Shown here: piece by piece, positions 12,152-24,980 of the stretch
How positions within the stretch are numbered: the stretch's first letter is position 1
Layout: each line of letters opens with the position of its first letter
Source: Octopus bimaculoides
Lineage: Eukaryota
Assembly (NCBI RefSeq): GCF_001194135.2
Contig: NC_069001.1
Coordinates: forward strand, 37,227,090 to 37,281,016
DNA length: 53,927 nucleotides
Direction of reading: 5' to 3'
The notes under the pieces: model-generated
Databases searched by the model: none
Told to the model about the DNA's origin: nothing
What the model saw: the letters and a program-made list of their open reading frames with translations, nothing else
Translations under genes and position numbers: made by a program

Positions 12152-12549
12152 ATTCATCTAAAGATTGTCTGAAATAGTAAAAAAATAGCATAAGATATAA
12201 GAGATCCAGCAGAAAATGTTCATATATTTGCAAATACAATCTTTTATTTGATCAGTTAACATTTACTTTTTAATTTTCTATTAAAATTACATCATACAAC
12301 CTTGTGTGAAGTCTACATATTTACAGATTACAGCAATTTGAGACTGTGTAACACTATATTTGTTAAACTGCAGTAATTCATTACATGTGGGAAGAGGCTT
12401 ATCAAAGACCTTAAACTCACGACAACACACAAAACCAACGGAATGATAAACAATAGTAATAACAAGTCTACTCAAGATATATCACAGACTACAGCTACAC
12501 TTTCAGATTGTCTAACAAATATGTTATCTAGCTCAATTATTCCCGATTG

Positions 12550-13030
12550 AGCAGGGCCATCTACCTGAGGGGATTTATGACTTTGGTTTTTGCTAGGTTA
12601 ACTCTAAGGCCCTTTAATTCTATACTTTGTTTCCATACCTCGAACTTCTTCTCAGGTAGTCATTCAGTTATAAGAACAAGGTCATCAGCACAGAGGTGTT
12701 CCCAGGGGCAGCCTGTCTTGATTTCTTCCATTATTGCCTGGAGGACTATGATGAACAAGAAGGGGGATGAGCACCAATCCTTGGTGAACCCCTACTTGTA
12801 CTCTGAACTCTTCACTGTACTCGTTGCCCACCCTCACCTTACTGGTAGCATCCTTGTACAAGGCTTGTCTAGCTCTCACCAACCACTTGTCTATTCCTAG
12901 TTTCCACATCGACCACCACATAATGGATAGGGGGACTCTGTCAAAAGCTTTCTCTAAGTCAACAAAAGACAAGTACAGAGGTTTATCTTTGCTAGGTATT
13001 TCTCCTGCAGTTGCCTTACCAGAAATATAG
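12550..13030 (-). mobile_element. RTE-type LINE RT fragment
   Basis: FVDLEKAFDRVP..WWSMWKLGIDKWLVRA..GVHQG. Confidence 0.9.
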
Positions 13031-13104
13031 CGTCAGTGGTCTTTCTCCCTGGCACAAAGCTAAACTGCATCTCATCTAGACTAACTCTCTCCCTGATTAG
13101 TTGG

Positions 13105-13177
13105 GCTATGACTCTCTCTGCAACCGAGAGTCATAGCAGACTATGACTCTCTCGATAGAGAGTCATAGTCTGCTATG
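13105..13177. repeat. Overlapping double hairpin (12-bp and perfect 21-bp stems)
   Basis: gctatgactctc/gagagtcatagc at 13105-13137; catagcagactatgactctct-CGAT-agagagtcatagtctgctatg at 13132-13177. Confidence 0.9.
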
Positions 13178-13910
13178 TGGATGTGTTAAAAGAAAATTAC
13201 AAGGTCAATTTGGAACATCAGGTAATTTTTCATGTCATATTTACACTAATTTATGCTGAGGAATTCTATACCAAAGAGAAAGACATCTGTTCATTTTTTG
13301 GCTGCTATAGTGTTCCGTGAAAATTTGTTTCAATTCTTATAATGTAATGTGGACATTACGAATCTCACTCTTACTTTTTGCAGTTTTCAAAATCAATATC
13401 GATAAATCTGATCGTTATCTTCGTGCAAAAACACAAAATATTCTACACAGAATTTTTAAAGCTTTAAACTAGAAGATAATTAACAGCAATAACCCTAAAA
13501 CTAAATGTTAAGCGTATTAAAAACTACCCCCTAATTATAAACAAGGTGGACACTGCACAGGATCAAAAGGAAAATATGGAAGTGAAATGTTAAATACAAG
13601 GATCACCAAACATAATATTGATGGAAGAAGAAAAGCACTGAAAGAAAGAAGAAGACTATATGCACAAAAAATACCTCGTATAAATCACAGCTATTGTTAG
13701 GAAGTCAGTGGTGGTGGTCATTGGTAGGAAGGCAATAGCGTTGATGAATGGTGTGTCATATCGTTAAATGTGCGTGTGTATACATGTATAGTTAATATGT
13801 CTACTTTTTCTTGATAATTATATATTTCAAGCTAAATATACTATTATTTAGAAAGCCTTTATTCGATCAAAATATGAACTATATTCCTTTGTCAATTGCA
13901 GTCTGTAAGT

Positions 13911-13925
13911 TGGAGCATGCGCATA
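13911..13925 (-). promoter_or_regulatory. Core-promoter-like ATGCGCATGCTCC motif of Z2
   Basis: Homologous to the Z1 motif, with the same flanks. Confidence 0.55.
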
Positions 13926-14504
13926 CAGAGATAGTTATTAGCGAAGGTTATATCCTGGATCGGGGTGTGTATAGACACATGTATGTCTGGGAATACATTA
14001 ACACTTTAAAATGATGGGGATAGAGTTTTATCAAAATTTTCGAAAATCTATGATTTCTTATCACCTCGCTCCCCGGGGCCCTCAAGATGGACTTATTCAA
14101 AAAATTTTTGCCTGACGCATTTAAAAATAAAACAATTGTCGAAATCCATGGAAACCCAGCAATTCATAAGTTCCTCGTTTTCCACTTAGTAAAAATCACG
14201 ACAGGTATAGATTAACATTACTGTGCGCTCATTACGTTAAGCATATTAATTTCAATGTGTGTGTGTGCATACATACATACATATATATATATAAATAGAC
14301 TGACAGACAGATAGATAGATAGACTGATTGATTGTAGGGACACCGTATTTTGTTATGCAACAAAGTATATTGAAGTCTTTATAAGTCAGTACTGCGTCCT
14401 ACCGTGTTAGTGCGATTCAATCATGTTTTGGCAATACCTACACAGGTGTGTTTTAAGAAATTGCCTGCTAACTTTCAAAGTGAGTGAATTACGATTACTC
14501 TGTT

Positions 14505-14740
14505 ACTTGTTTCAGTCATTTGACTGCGGCCATGCTGGAGTACTGCCTTTAGGTGAATAAATCGACTCCAGGACTTATACTTTGTAAGCCTAGTACTTAT
14601 TCTATCGCCTCTTTAGCCGAACCGCTAAGTTACAAGGACGTAAACACACGAGCATCGGTTGTCAAGCGATGTAGGGGGAACAAACACAGACACACACGAC
14701 GGGCTTCTTTCAGTGTCCGTCTACCAAATCCACTCAAGGT
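14505..14740 (-). mobile_element. SINE (3' and central part), resembling abundant octopus tRNA-derived SINEs
   Basis: tgactgcggccatgctggag...gccgaaccgctaagttac...cgacgggcttctttcagtgtccgtctaccaaatccactca; a second copy lies at 51158. Confidence 0.8.
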
Positions 14741-14949
14741 GGATACTGCACAGTATCAAAACAAAAAAAAAACTGTGGAAGTGACATGTTAAATATGACT
14801 ACTTTTTAATAATTCTTTATTTTGTGATAAATATATTATTCTTCGCACGAAATTATCAGCCTTTGCAGAACTCTGATGCTTCTGATATATTACTTACTAT
14901 ATGAGTTCTATTTTTCTTGTTTGCATGATTGCTCTACTGCAAAGAATAA

Positions 14950-16080
14950 ATTAGAAAAAGTGGGGGAGAACCGAATTTGAGAGGGGGATGGCTCAAAGAA
15001 GGTATTCCCCTGAAGATGTAAAAAGATGATAGTTGTTGAGTTAAAGAAGACCAGTTTTAGATTCTGGGGGCAGATGTATGTGAAAAATGAGAGGGGATTT
15101 CTACGATAATTGATGTAAATTGAGTTTGTTGACACCTTCATATGCTCGTGAAATTGTGGAAATATCAGCTAGTGAAGTACAGAGGTAAAAAGGAAAGCTG
15201 GACTAGACTCTTCCTTAAAGATCATGACAACAACCCGCGGGGAAAGGTGGACATAGTGAAGGGGGGGGCCCACTAATTCCTGCATAGATGATATCTTGGT
15301 GGACGAGTCACTGGTAACAGCAAAAGAAGTTGAAAGCCATCTGAAGAATTTGGGATATAGTGGGACCAGTGTCAGGACTGAGGATGAGGAAAGGTAGGTC
15401 AAAGGGGAATGAAATTTCAGATCTAAAGGACACTCTGACCCATCGGGAGATGTTTTCAATGTGGGTATGAGTATTAAGCTACAATTTTATCGCTGGGTGA
15501 CGTCGGACTATATGCAGCTATGTGAAAACAAGTAATGGAGTGAGCTGGGGAGAGAAAGTTGAAGAGACAACGATTGTGATGATGAAGAATATTGTGGACA
15601 GAGTGAGAAAGGTGGATCCAATGAGAGGGAATTGGCTTGCGGCTAAGTCAGAGAGGGCGTTGTATGGTGTGATGCTAGTAGCATAACGATGGGTGTTGTC
15701 CTTAAAATAGGTAATGCTGTAGTAGAGGATGCGAGCTGGCTACAACCATATAAATTTAGTTAAACTGGAAGATGTATTGTCGGGCATAAATGTGGCTCTA
15801 AGGTGGGGATTGTTATATCCAAAACCAGACTTATTCAGTTAATGTGCTTGGGTGGGTTGGGTCAGTAACTACTTGTGAGAAGATTGGTGTTCTAAACATA
15901 AGGAACTGCGAAGATGATTAAGTGACATCTGGAACTCCTAGCAGAAGCTTCGTGTTGTCTTGGTGCCCTCAGAGAAGAACAAAGCAGATGTCTTTGAGTG
16001 AGAACAAACTGGGTGTGGATGCTATGGAGAGTTTAGAGAGGGAGGTGACCGCAGTGTGTTGCTGGAACTGAAAAAGACAA
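14950..16080 (-). mobile_element. Highly decayed CR1/L2-group LINE (APE endonuclease region)
   Basis: LIPTLKTSPDGSECPLDL..YLSSSSVL resembles the PT...LDL.LT..SDH end of APE domains; the strand is C/T rich. Weak. Confidence 0.45.
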
Positions 16081-16677
16081 TACATGACATGCACCATATG
16101 GGGGTGCACAGAAAGTTGCTTTTGGTCTGCCACCAAGGAGAATTTTCAGAGAGGGGTTAGGAGGTGTGATGGGTGTCAAACAATTAACATCACGTTGGGT
16201 GTGCATGAGAAATTTTTGCGAATTTGTACTCTACACATGGAAATTCATACGGTTATATATAAAAAGAAAAAACTTTTCGTGCATGATTTAACCCACAAAG
16301 CGCTGGGATTTGCACTTACATAGCAAGGACTGCTGAGCACATTTTATAAAATTGAGACTACTCTGCACACATAAAAAACAAAAAAATAGTTAAAATATCT
16401 TCTTAGTATACAATGGTGGCAAGTTTTACATCATCTGAAAAGTCATAAGTTGAACTATTAGTCCTCTTGCATTCTGGGGGGTATCGGAGCGTTTGAGTGA
16501 CATTAGACCCCCAACTAACGCCCATAAATTAGATACATCTATCTGGGCCACGATCGTGGGCTGTTGCGCTTTATGTATCAAGGTCTATTTAGCTGTTATC
16601 TTTAGCACATCTCATACTGCATGTATTTTAAGAATTTAATAAGCGACAAAAAGAACACATGGTAAGCAGCTTGGTTT

Positions 16678-16722
16678 GTTACTATGGAAACAGGCACCTG
16701 TATGTCTGTGACTTTCGATTGG
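16678..16722 (+). promoter_or_regulatory. RFX X-box-like palindrome plus CCAAT (ATTGG) upstream of Z3
   Basis: GTTACTATGGAAAC at 16678-16691 and ATTGG at 16718-16722; related motifs at 32825 and 45349. Confidence 0.35.
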
Positions 16723-17002
16723 CTAACATTACTCCAAATTTGTAAACATTAAACGCTATTAACTCTTTATTTATTGATTTATGGCGAAAATGAATTTCAT
16801 GTTAATGATAATTTTACAAAACTTCATCAACATGCCATATACGAAATCAATTGGAAAAGAAATTGAAAAGCGGCAGATTCCACATCCGAACAAATTAGTT
16901 TTCGTAGCACTGGATGACTTCCGATTCTCTTCTGTATGAAAGCCATATTCGTGTATGTTGAAGCTATGTCAAGGTGACACAATTCGTTACTGACACTTTG
17001 CC

Positions 17003-17024
17003 ATGCGCATGTTCAGCCGGATAT
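17003..17024 (+). promoter_or_regulatory. ATGCGCATG-TTCAG-CCGGAT core-promoter-like motif of Z3
   Basis: Same spacing as the six other plus-strand copies. Confidence 0.55.
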
Positions 17025-17983
17025 CGACTTCATGCTGCTATTGAAAATGAAAACGTAGAGATCGTTAAACGGATAAAACTTAGAAGAATAATTTATTTGG
17101 CTTCAAACCTAAAGTGTAATTACATTTCCCTATTATGTGTGTGTGTGTGCAGCATTAAAACTTCTCCATTCACCAATACATATGACCACCACCATTGACT
17201 TCCTAACAACAGTCGTGATTTATACGAGGCATTTTTTGTTCCAAGTTATGTTTTCATTCAGTTGTTTTTCTTCTATGAATGATGATCTTTGTATTTACAT
17301 GTCACTTCCTCATTGTTGTTTTGACACTGCAGTGTCCACCTTGTTTATAATTAGAAGATATTTTTAATACAATTATCATTTATTATTACTGTTACATATC
17401 ATCCTCTTTTAAGGTTTAAAGATAATATATTAACTGAATATCTTGGATTACCTTCCTTCATCAATAGAGTTTCTATGTCACGAGTTAGCAACTTTTCTGC
17501 ATCTACAGATAAGTTTAGCGTATTGATGAGTGGACAGTGGGCTAAAAAATAGGTGAAATATGAGAATTATCTATTCAGATTCATTTAGTTACATTTTTTT
17601 TAATGTCAGATCAATGAATGATGCCCACTGGAAAAATATTTTGCTTTAACGGAGGTTTGTTAATGTCTCTATGAGTGAAAAATACGACGACATATTGGCT
17701 GGCGATGTAATTACATTTTGTGACAATGAAGTTATGTACAAAGTATTTAACAGCTATGAATTTAAAGTCAATTTTAACATAGTGTCTTTGAATATATATA
17801 TATATATATATATATGGCTATGGTCAATATACATTCATTGTCTGGAATATGTTCAAGACTGATTTTAATAAATTTACAAAGGAGTTTCTACCATTTTTAG
17901 ATATCAACAGAGATTGAAGTTGAGGGAAATTTCTTGGTAGAAAGTAAAAATAAAATATAAGAATTGGTGAAAAAAGAACAATT

Positions 17984-18940
17984 ATGGAAAGCAAATTATG
18001 TGAGACACCAATTATGATTAAGACAGAGCCTGAAAGCATTGATTTTCCTGATGAGATGGTGAAAGAGATGGGAAAAACGTCAAATCATTGTGATACCTGT
18101 GGTAAATCATTCACTCGAAGAGGTCCTTTCATTAGGCATAAGTGCATTCAAGTAGAGGAAAAGTCTCATCATTGTGATATCTGTGGTGAATCATTCTCTC
18201 AAAGGAAAGTTTTAACTACTCACAAACGTATTCATACTGGAGAAAAGCCATATCAATGTAATATTTGTGGTAATTCATTTTCTCGAAGTAGAAACTTAAC
18301 TACTCATATACGTATTCATACAGGAGAAAAGCCATATCACTGTGATATATGTGGCAAATCATTTGCTCGGAGTGATCAGTTAAATGTACATAAATACATT
18401 CATACAGGAGGGCAGCCATATCACTGTGATATCTGTGGTAAATCAATGTCTTCAAATAGTAAATTAACAATACATAAACGCTTTCACACTGGGGAGAAGC
18501 CATTTCAGTGTGATATCTGTGGTAAATCATTCTCTATTAGTAGTCATTTAACTACTCACAAATATATTCATACAGGAAAGAAGCCATATTGCTGTGATAT
18601 CTGTGGTAAATCATTCTCAGTAGGAAGTAATTTAACTACTCACAGGCGAATTCATACTGGAGAAAAGCCATATCACTGTGACATCTGTGGCAAAACCTTA
18701 TCTGATTCAGGTAACTTAACCAGTCACAAACGTATTCATACAGGAGAGAAACGATACCTCTGTGATATCTGTGGTAAATCATTTTCTCACAGTGGACATT
18801 TAACTGCACACAAATGCATTCACACCGGAGAGAAGTCATATTGCTGTGATATCTGTGGTAAATCATTTTCTCGTAGAGAAGTATTAACTGTACACAAACA
18901 TATTCATATAGGTGATAAGCCATTAAACTGCAATGTTTGA
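17984..18940 (+). CDS. C2H2 zinc-finger protein Z3: 10 fingers (first lacks the final His), truncated by a TGA at a Cys codon
   Basis: 318-aa ORF with leader [21 protein letters not shown]. Confidence 0.85.
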   Translation: MESKLCETPIMIKTEPESIDFPDEMVKEMGKTSNHCDTCGKSFTRRGPFIRHKCIQVEEKSHHCDICGESFSQRKVLTTHKRIHTGEKPYQCNICGNSFSRSRNLTTHIRIHTGEKPYHCDICGKSFARSDQLNVHKYIHTGGQPYHCDICGKSMSSNSKLTIHKRFHTGEKPFQCDICGKSFSISSHLTTHKYIHTGKKPYCCDICGKSFSVGSNLTTHRRIHTGEKPYHCDICGKTLSDSGNLTSHKRIHTGEKRYLCDICGKSFSHSGHLTAHKCIHTGEKSYCCDICGKSFSRREVLTVHKHIHIGDKPLNCNV

Positions 18941-19422
18941 AGTAAATCATTTGCTCTAAGTAGTCAGTTAACTGTGCACAAATACATTTATACAGGTGGG
19001 CAGCCATACCTTCATAATATTTGTGATAAATCAATGTCTTTAAATAGTAAATTAACAATATACAAACACTTTCATACTGGAGAGAATCCATTTCACTGTG
19101 ATATCTGTGGTAAATCATTCTTGATTGGTAGTCAGTTAACTACTCACAAACACATTGATACAGGAAAAAAAGCCACCTTGCTGTGATATCAGGCAAATCA
19201 TTTTCTGACCCAGGTAACTTAACAAGTCGCAGGTGTATTCATACAGGAGAAAAGCCACATTCCTGTGATATGTATACTATATTGTTTTCTCATAGAGATA
19301 TATTAACTAGACACAAGTGCATCAATTTGGGAGAGAACCCATATCATTGTGATATCTGTGGTAAATCATTGTCTCAGAAATAGCACTTCATTGTCCATGT
19401 ATCTATTCATACAGAAGAATAA
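18941..19422 (+). pseudogene. Decayed C-terminal zinc-finger block of Z3 (about 6 relic fingers)
   Basis: Relic helices ALSSQL, SLNSKL, LIGSQL, SDPGNL, SHRDIL and SQK*HF, with a frameshift and lost Cys/His residues. Confidence 0.85.
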
Positions 19423-20579
19423 CTGAGTCAATGTATTTAAGTTGTGGTGGTAAAAAAATATCTAACCATAGATATATATTTACAGAAGGTAGACAAACCT
19501 ATCTTTCGAAATTATATTTTATGTAACTCCAACTAACATTTATATTCATGTCTTATTGCATTGATATTTTTAAGAAAAGTACTGTTTTGGACCTAACATA
19601 TTTCCTGAAAGAAAGGCAAGATACAATTAATTTATTGGACATTGTGGGTAAATAACTAAGGAATGTTTTCTCATAAATCAGAGATAACATCACCGTTCAG
19701 TTATTATGTTAGAAATAAAAATTGCAAATGATGAAATATATTTCATCATAGCATTTTGGAATAAAAATGTAATGTCTTATGTACATTCTTTGTCTTTTAT
19801 ACATTTGCTCATGATGATGGCAACATGGCTACTTGTCATTTCCATATAAATATCTTGATTCGTTTGTGTGCCACTGTATCATTGCTCTTTGCTTGCCCCT
19901 GACCTGTGTATTCTACCCACATGCCTTGTCTCACTGTGTTATTGCCATCTGCTAGCTCCCAGCCTGGGTATTCCACTCGTACGTAACAAGAAAACTTTCT
20001 CCCACAAACCAATTTACATCTCTTTCTCGCATTTCTTCCTTCATTCACTATGCCTAGCTCTCACTTCCCAATTGTGTCCTCACACTCCTGTTCATTGCTA
20101 TCCAGTAGCCCCTCCAACTCTATATATACCCAGGTCTTTCACCACCTACTTTCACTCTTTAATCGCACTCCCTTTGCAATATCCTGTCACTTATATTATG
20201 GCATTTGAACCTCAAGGGTATGCTCTGGCTCTTGCCACTATCTATACGTCTCTCTTCCTTTACTCAACCATCTCATTTATATTCTGATACCCAATCCTTG
20301 TGAGTATGCATGACATTTTGCCACCATCTCCATCCTGCAGTCTCCCACTCTCTCTTGCACTTCCCTCAGGTTGGGCAACCGTGTATTTCCTTTGTGGTAG
20401 CACACCTGTTTCCGTCTTTAATCCTGATCTTTCTCTCTCCGGCCAGGTAACTTTGTACTTCCTCTACAGCAAGACACCTGTATCTGTTTCACTATAATCT
20501 TTTTATCATCACCTCTTCCAATGCCACCTCCCCTCTTAAATTTTTTTTTTTTGCAAGTACTTGGTGACCCTGTCAGTAC

Positions 20580-20850
20580 AGATGCCACTTAAAAGCTCCC
20601 AGTCCACACTGTGAAGTGATGTCATAGGAGAGAAATGTGTCCGCATGGATGATGGTGCACTTGCTTTTAATGAGTCTGCAAAGAAAGAGGCTTGGAGATG
20701 CCATTATGAAAGACTGCTGAATGTGGAGAATGAATGGGATGTGGAGAGTCTGCTGCAAATGTTGACCCAATCGAAGGACCAGCTATCCAAATTGACAGTA
20801 CCCTAGTAGATAAAGCAATTAATCCGGCCCATCAGGAATCACCGCTGAGA
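20580..20850 (+). mobile_element. RTE LINE fragment (EN-RT linker)
   Basis: HYERLLNVENEWD..GPSGITAEML-like translation. Confidence 0.7.
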
Positions 20851-20924
20851 TGCTTAATCTGCTGTTGTTATTAACTTCTATTGGAAAAAAATTTAGGAAA
20901 ATGTTACATAGGTTTAAAGTTTAT

Positions 20925-21480
20925 TGTACCTGTGCATCTTCCACGTACAAAAGTTGGTTTCCCTGTTAACCTTCCTCTGATATTTCTGCACCTTTTATGT
21001 GTCCAAAGCCTACACCAGGTGCATCTTATGGAGTTTCTACCTATACCTTTTCTATAGATTGAACAGGGCCATCTACTTGAAGGGATTTGTGATTTGTCTG
21101 CATTCCTACTTTCTAAAACTGGTTTTTGTTAGGTTAACTCTAAGGCCCTTTGATTCTAGACCTTGCTTTCATACCTGAAACTTCTCTATTTCAGGTATAA
21201 GAGCAAGGTCATCAGCATAGAGAAGCTCCCAGGGGCAGCCTGTCTCGAATTCCTCTGTTATTGCCCGGAGGACTATGATGAACAAGAGGGGGGGGGGGGT
21301 TGAGGACCAATCCTTGGCGAACCCTTACTTGTACCCTGAATTTTTTGCTGTACTCATTGTCACCCCTCACCTTACTGGTAGCGTCCCTGTAGATGGCTCT
21401 CACCAACCACTCATCTATCCCTGGTTTCCACATTGACTACCAGATAAGGGATGAGGGGACCCTGTCAAAGGCTTCCTCCA
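20925..21480 (-). mobile_element. RTE LINE RT fragment with PHD-like region
   Basis: KPGIDEWLVRAIYRDATSKVR..GVRQG and RNSIRCTWCRLWTHKRC. Confidence 0.85.
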
Positions 21481-21974
21481 TGTATAGAGTTGAATTTTGT
21501 GTAGCCACCTGTCAGCGACTTTTCTCCCCCACCCATTTTTAGGGGGTATTACCCATTTTTCCGGGCTCTTTTCACAGCTATATCCCATTCGAAATTTGCG
21601 TTAGTTTTTGTATGAGAAAATGGAAGGGAGTGGAGCTTGTTTGTAGTTTGTAGAGGAAACATTAAACGTGCCCGAGAGAAAAACATGGTATTTCCCGACA
21701 ACTAAAAGTCATGAAGAACTATGAAAGAAGGCGAATAAGTAATGGGGGTGGGGGGAAAGAAGAGAACTAGCAGTCGATTGTTCTAGAACTCCCAAAATGA
21801 AAACACCTGAAAAACGTTCCCTCTATTCATTACTAAAGGTCTTTCTCTCTTCATTGCTAAAAATAAAGAAGCTAGAAAAAATCGATCGTATTTCATTCTA
21901 ATTGTCATTGTAAATGACTGATGCTTTCCTTTCTCTGTCTCGATTGCTTCACTCCTCTTCTCTACGGTTAAGAG

Positions 21975-22190
21975 AGTGAAGGTGCATGGCTCAGTGGTTA
22001 GGGGTATTTGGCCCACGATTGTAAAGTCATGAGTACGCTGTGTTCTTAAGCAAAATACTGTACTTCATCTTGCTGCAGTTCACTCAGCTGGCAAAAATGA
22101 GTTGTAGCTGTAACTGAAAGGGGCCAGCCTTGTCACATTGTGTTACACTGAATCACCCTGAGAACTACATTAGGGGTACACATGTCTGTG
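21975..22190 (+). mobile_element. tRNA-derived SINE (second family)
   Basis: ggtgcatggctcagtggttaggg A-box-like head with a deleted B-box, then cactcagctggcaaaaatgagttg...gagaactac. Confidence 0.65.
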
Positions 22191-22254
22191 TCCTTGCAGA
22201 TTTCCATAACAGTCAGTTGCAACTTCAGGCTGCTGGCAATGGATGCCTTCAACT

Positions 22255-22590
22255 GCCTAAAATACCATAACTTTTAAATGCTTGTAACTTCTTTATTATT
22301 AATTTTTAGACAAAAAAAAAAAGAAAATTAAAATAATGTAATTTTGTCATCAGTATGCAAACTTATTACACAACTACATTTGCTGTAAGTATTCTGGTGA
22401 AAATTTGAAGTGGTTGGGAGGAATTTAACAAGATCCAGAACCACCTGAAGTATTTCCAGTGTTTACATGGTTTAAAAAATATTGTCGTTGTGATGTAATT
22501 TTGCATACTGATGATGAAAATTGCATCCTTTTTATCCTACATTAATAATTAAGAAGATACAAGCATTTAAAGTTATGTAATTTTAGCCAA
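22255..22590. mobile_element. MITE/foldback-like element with long imperfect inverted arms
   Basis: ataacttttaaatgcttgtaacttctttattattaat and catcagtatgcaaa pair with their reverse complements at 22490-22576. Confidence 0.65.
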
Positions 22591-23631
22591 TATTACCAAT
22601 GTATCAGATTTTGTAAATATTATTTCATTCTCACGCCCATTCGTCGGCGATGTATGTAACTCAAAAAACAAAATTCAGCTAAATATAATATTCTATCAAG
22701 TTTCTTTGAAAGAAAGAAAATGGTTCACAGTATAAAACATTATATATTTTTTATTTACTTTTATTAATTCTTCGATATAATTCATATGATTTTCATCATA
22801 AACAAGCAAAAATACATTGTTCAGAAAATCATCTGCTGAAATTTTCACAAAATATCAGGTCATTAAGAATGATGTAACGGAGCGGTTACCAGTATGTAGC
22901 AGTTGTTGTCAATGTTTTTCTGTTTTCATATTCGTTTGCCACATACTTGTTAACACCCACCAGGCTGGTTAATTAATTTTTTTGTTCCCGGATGAGGATC
23001 TGTATATTGATCGATGATGTTAACTCCAAGAAAGAAAGACAGTAGCCGAAGTTGTAGATAACATTTATTTCTCAATTACATATAATCAAAGCTAAACCAC
23101 GACGGGCAGGCATGTATAAAAACAGTTAGAAAGCATATGAAGTAACACGAGTTATAGTTTCTTGTAAGTGTAGCGTTGAACTTACATATTCCCATGTTCC
23201 TTGTCATTGTAGCAGCAGTAACTAAAGTGATGCTGTTGAAACGAAAGTGAGTGATTGAGAAAGTAAGAGAGGGGTGCTCAGGACAACTGTATTGGTGAAT
23301 TTCATAGCTGTCCCTCTATGACATTCTGTCAAGACGGTATTTCAAACCGGTCGGCCTGCTCTCCGTCGTTTGCCCTCACTAACTGATTTTTTTTGCCTTG
23401 GAGAATACTGGTGTTTATGACTATGCAGACTAGCTAGAAGTTCACTAATCATTTCATCCATTTGGTGGATGTATACATCCGGCAACAAACTACTACAAGA
23501 TGTCAACGACGTTGGTGGAAGTTGGCTTCTTTCTCAGTTTCACAATGTGCGAAGACTAATATCGATATCTTAAGTAATATATTACATATATGAGATCCTC
23601 AACATCTTTCAATCGATGCTAACATTCCACG

Positions 23632-23652
23632 ATGCGCATGTTCAGCCGGAAC
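23632..23652 (+). promoter_or_regulatory. ATGCGCATG-TTCAG-CCGGAA motif of Z4
   Basis: Conserved cluster motif; the predicted donor is at 23831 and the acceptor at 24743-24744. Confidence 0.6.
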
Positions 23653-24753
23653 CTGAATTCGGCCTTCAAACATAAAAACAATTTGATGCATAAATTGACC
23701 AAGCGACTGTTTATTTCCATGTTATATACTTATCAACGATATATATATATATATATAGTGGAAGAAATTTTCTCTTGAGCAACACGACCACCGTCGCATA
23801 CTTCCTAATAGAAGCTATGATTCATAAAAGGTATTTTTTTAATTGATTTTTCACAGTCAAACGTCATTTCTACTCTCATAATCTGAGTGTTTTCTTTTGT
23901 TTGATTCGTATAAAATTGTGACATTCCTGAAAAGAAACTAATTTTTATCACAAGTCACCACAGTCAGAACTGACCTAGGGATATAAACAACGACGAATGA
24001 CCGGTTTGAATACAACCGAATGTTATCGCCCACCATTGTGTAGTTTAACGCACATAATGTTAGACAATGTGATGGTGAGGCTGTGATGTATTTCTATTAA
24101 TATTGTTTTGGTTTTGTGTAGTCATTACCAGTTATGGGCCTTGTTAAGGCCTGGAAGTTATTCTTACGAAAGCGACTGTCTTTAGTTTAACATATAAAGA
24201 CAGAAGAGCATTGTTGTTAGCTTGAAGCATTGTGATATAAAAGTAGGCAACAAATAACGAAGGCAAGCTTCTAACAATGCAGAAAGGGAAAGTTGAGTAA
24301 CCATTTCATAATTCATGCAAAAAAGCTCATCATCAGAGTTTGTGTAGATGATGCGACATTGATTACTCTCATTGCCCTTTCGGCAATAAAAATGCCAAAA
24401 TCTACCTATACTCATTCTTGTAAACAGCATAGTTCTTTATGATGAACCTTACGCCTCCAATATATAAAGGTTGTTCAACTTCCACTTTTCATTGTTAGTC
24501 TTTCTACGCTACTTCGTATTTTTCTTATATATGTATATGTTACTCTAACACAATATTTGTACTTATGTAGACTTTACACAAGGTTGTATGTTGTAATTTT
24601 AGAAATTAATTGAACTTTCTGTTCAGTGATTGAGATAAATGGTTAGATCTACAGCTTAATCGATAGAGGAAGGTAGATAATTTTCTGTTGTTCAAAATAT
24701 TCAGCTTCACTTATATATCTTGAACCGTTTCTCTATTATTTCAGATATAACAG

Positions 24754-24768
24754 ATGGTATCTGCATAA
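24754..24768 (+). promoter_or_regulatory. 4-codon uORF (MVSA*) in the Z4 5'UTR
   Basis: ATG GTA TCT GCA TAA, 9 nt after the acceptor; same-length uORFs occur in Z5, Z7 and Z9. Confidence 0.45.
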
Positions 24769-24980
24769 AAGAATTTTTTCTTTCCTTTAGATTCATCATA
24801 ATTTATCATCTAAAGACTGAGATTATTATATTATTGGATTCTAATTTTTTCTACTTGCATTCTAACTAAACTTAGACATCTTTCCGAAAGAGTTTCTACA
24901 ATCTTCAGAAATCAACAGAGGTCCAAGTTCTTTCATGAAAATAAGAATGAAATATAAAAATTAGTAAAAAACGAAAAATT

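Larger units (their letters stand above)
12170..13674 (-). other. Predicted 5'UTR intron of Z2
   Basis: Minus-strand donor TATACGAG|GTATTT at 13673-13674 and acceptor ACTATTTCAG at 12169-12170. Confidence 0.55.

Noticed and set aside
21975-22050. tRNA-like sequences at 21975 and 12033
   Set aside because: These are SINE heads with damaged B-boxes; no complete cloverleaf.
23015-23480. Possible solo LTR (minus strand, AATAAA then ..AACATCA end)
   Set aside because: No matching TSD or clear TG start; the apparent other end overlaps sequence conserved in paralogous promoters.
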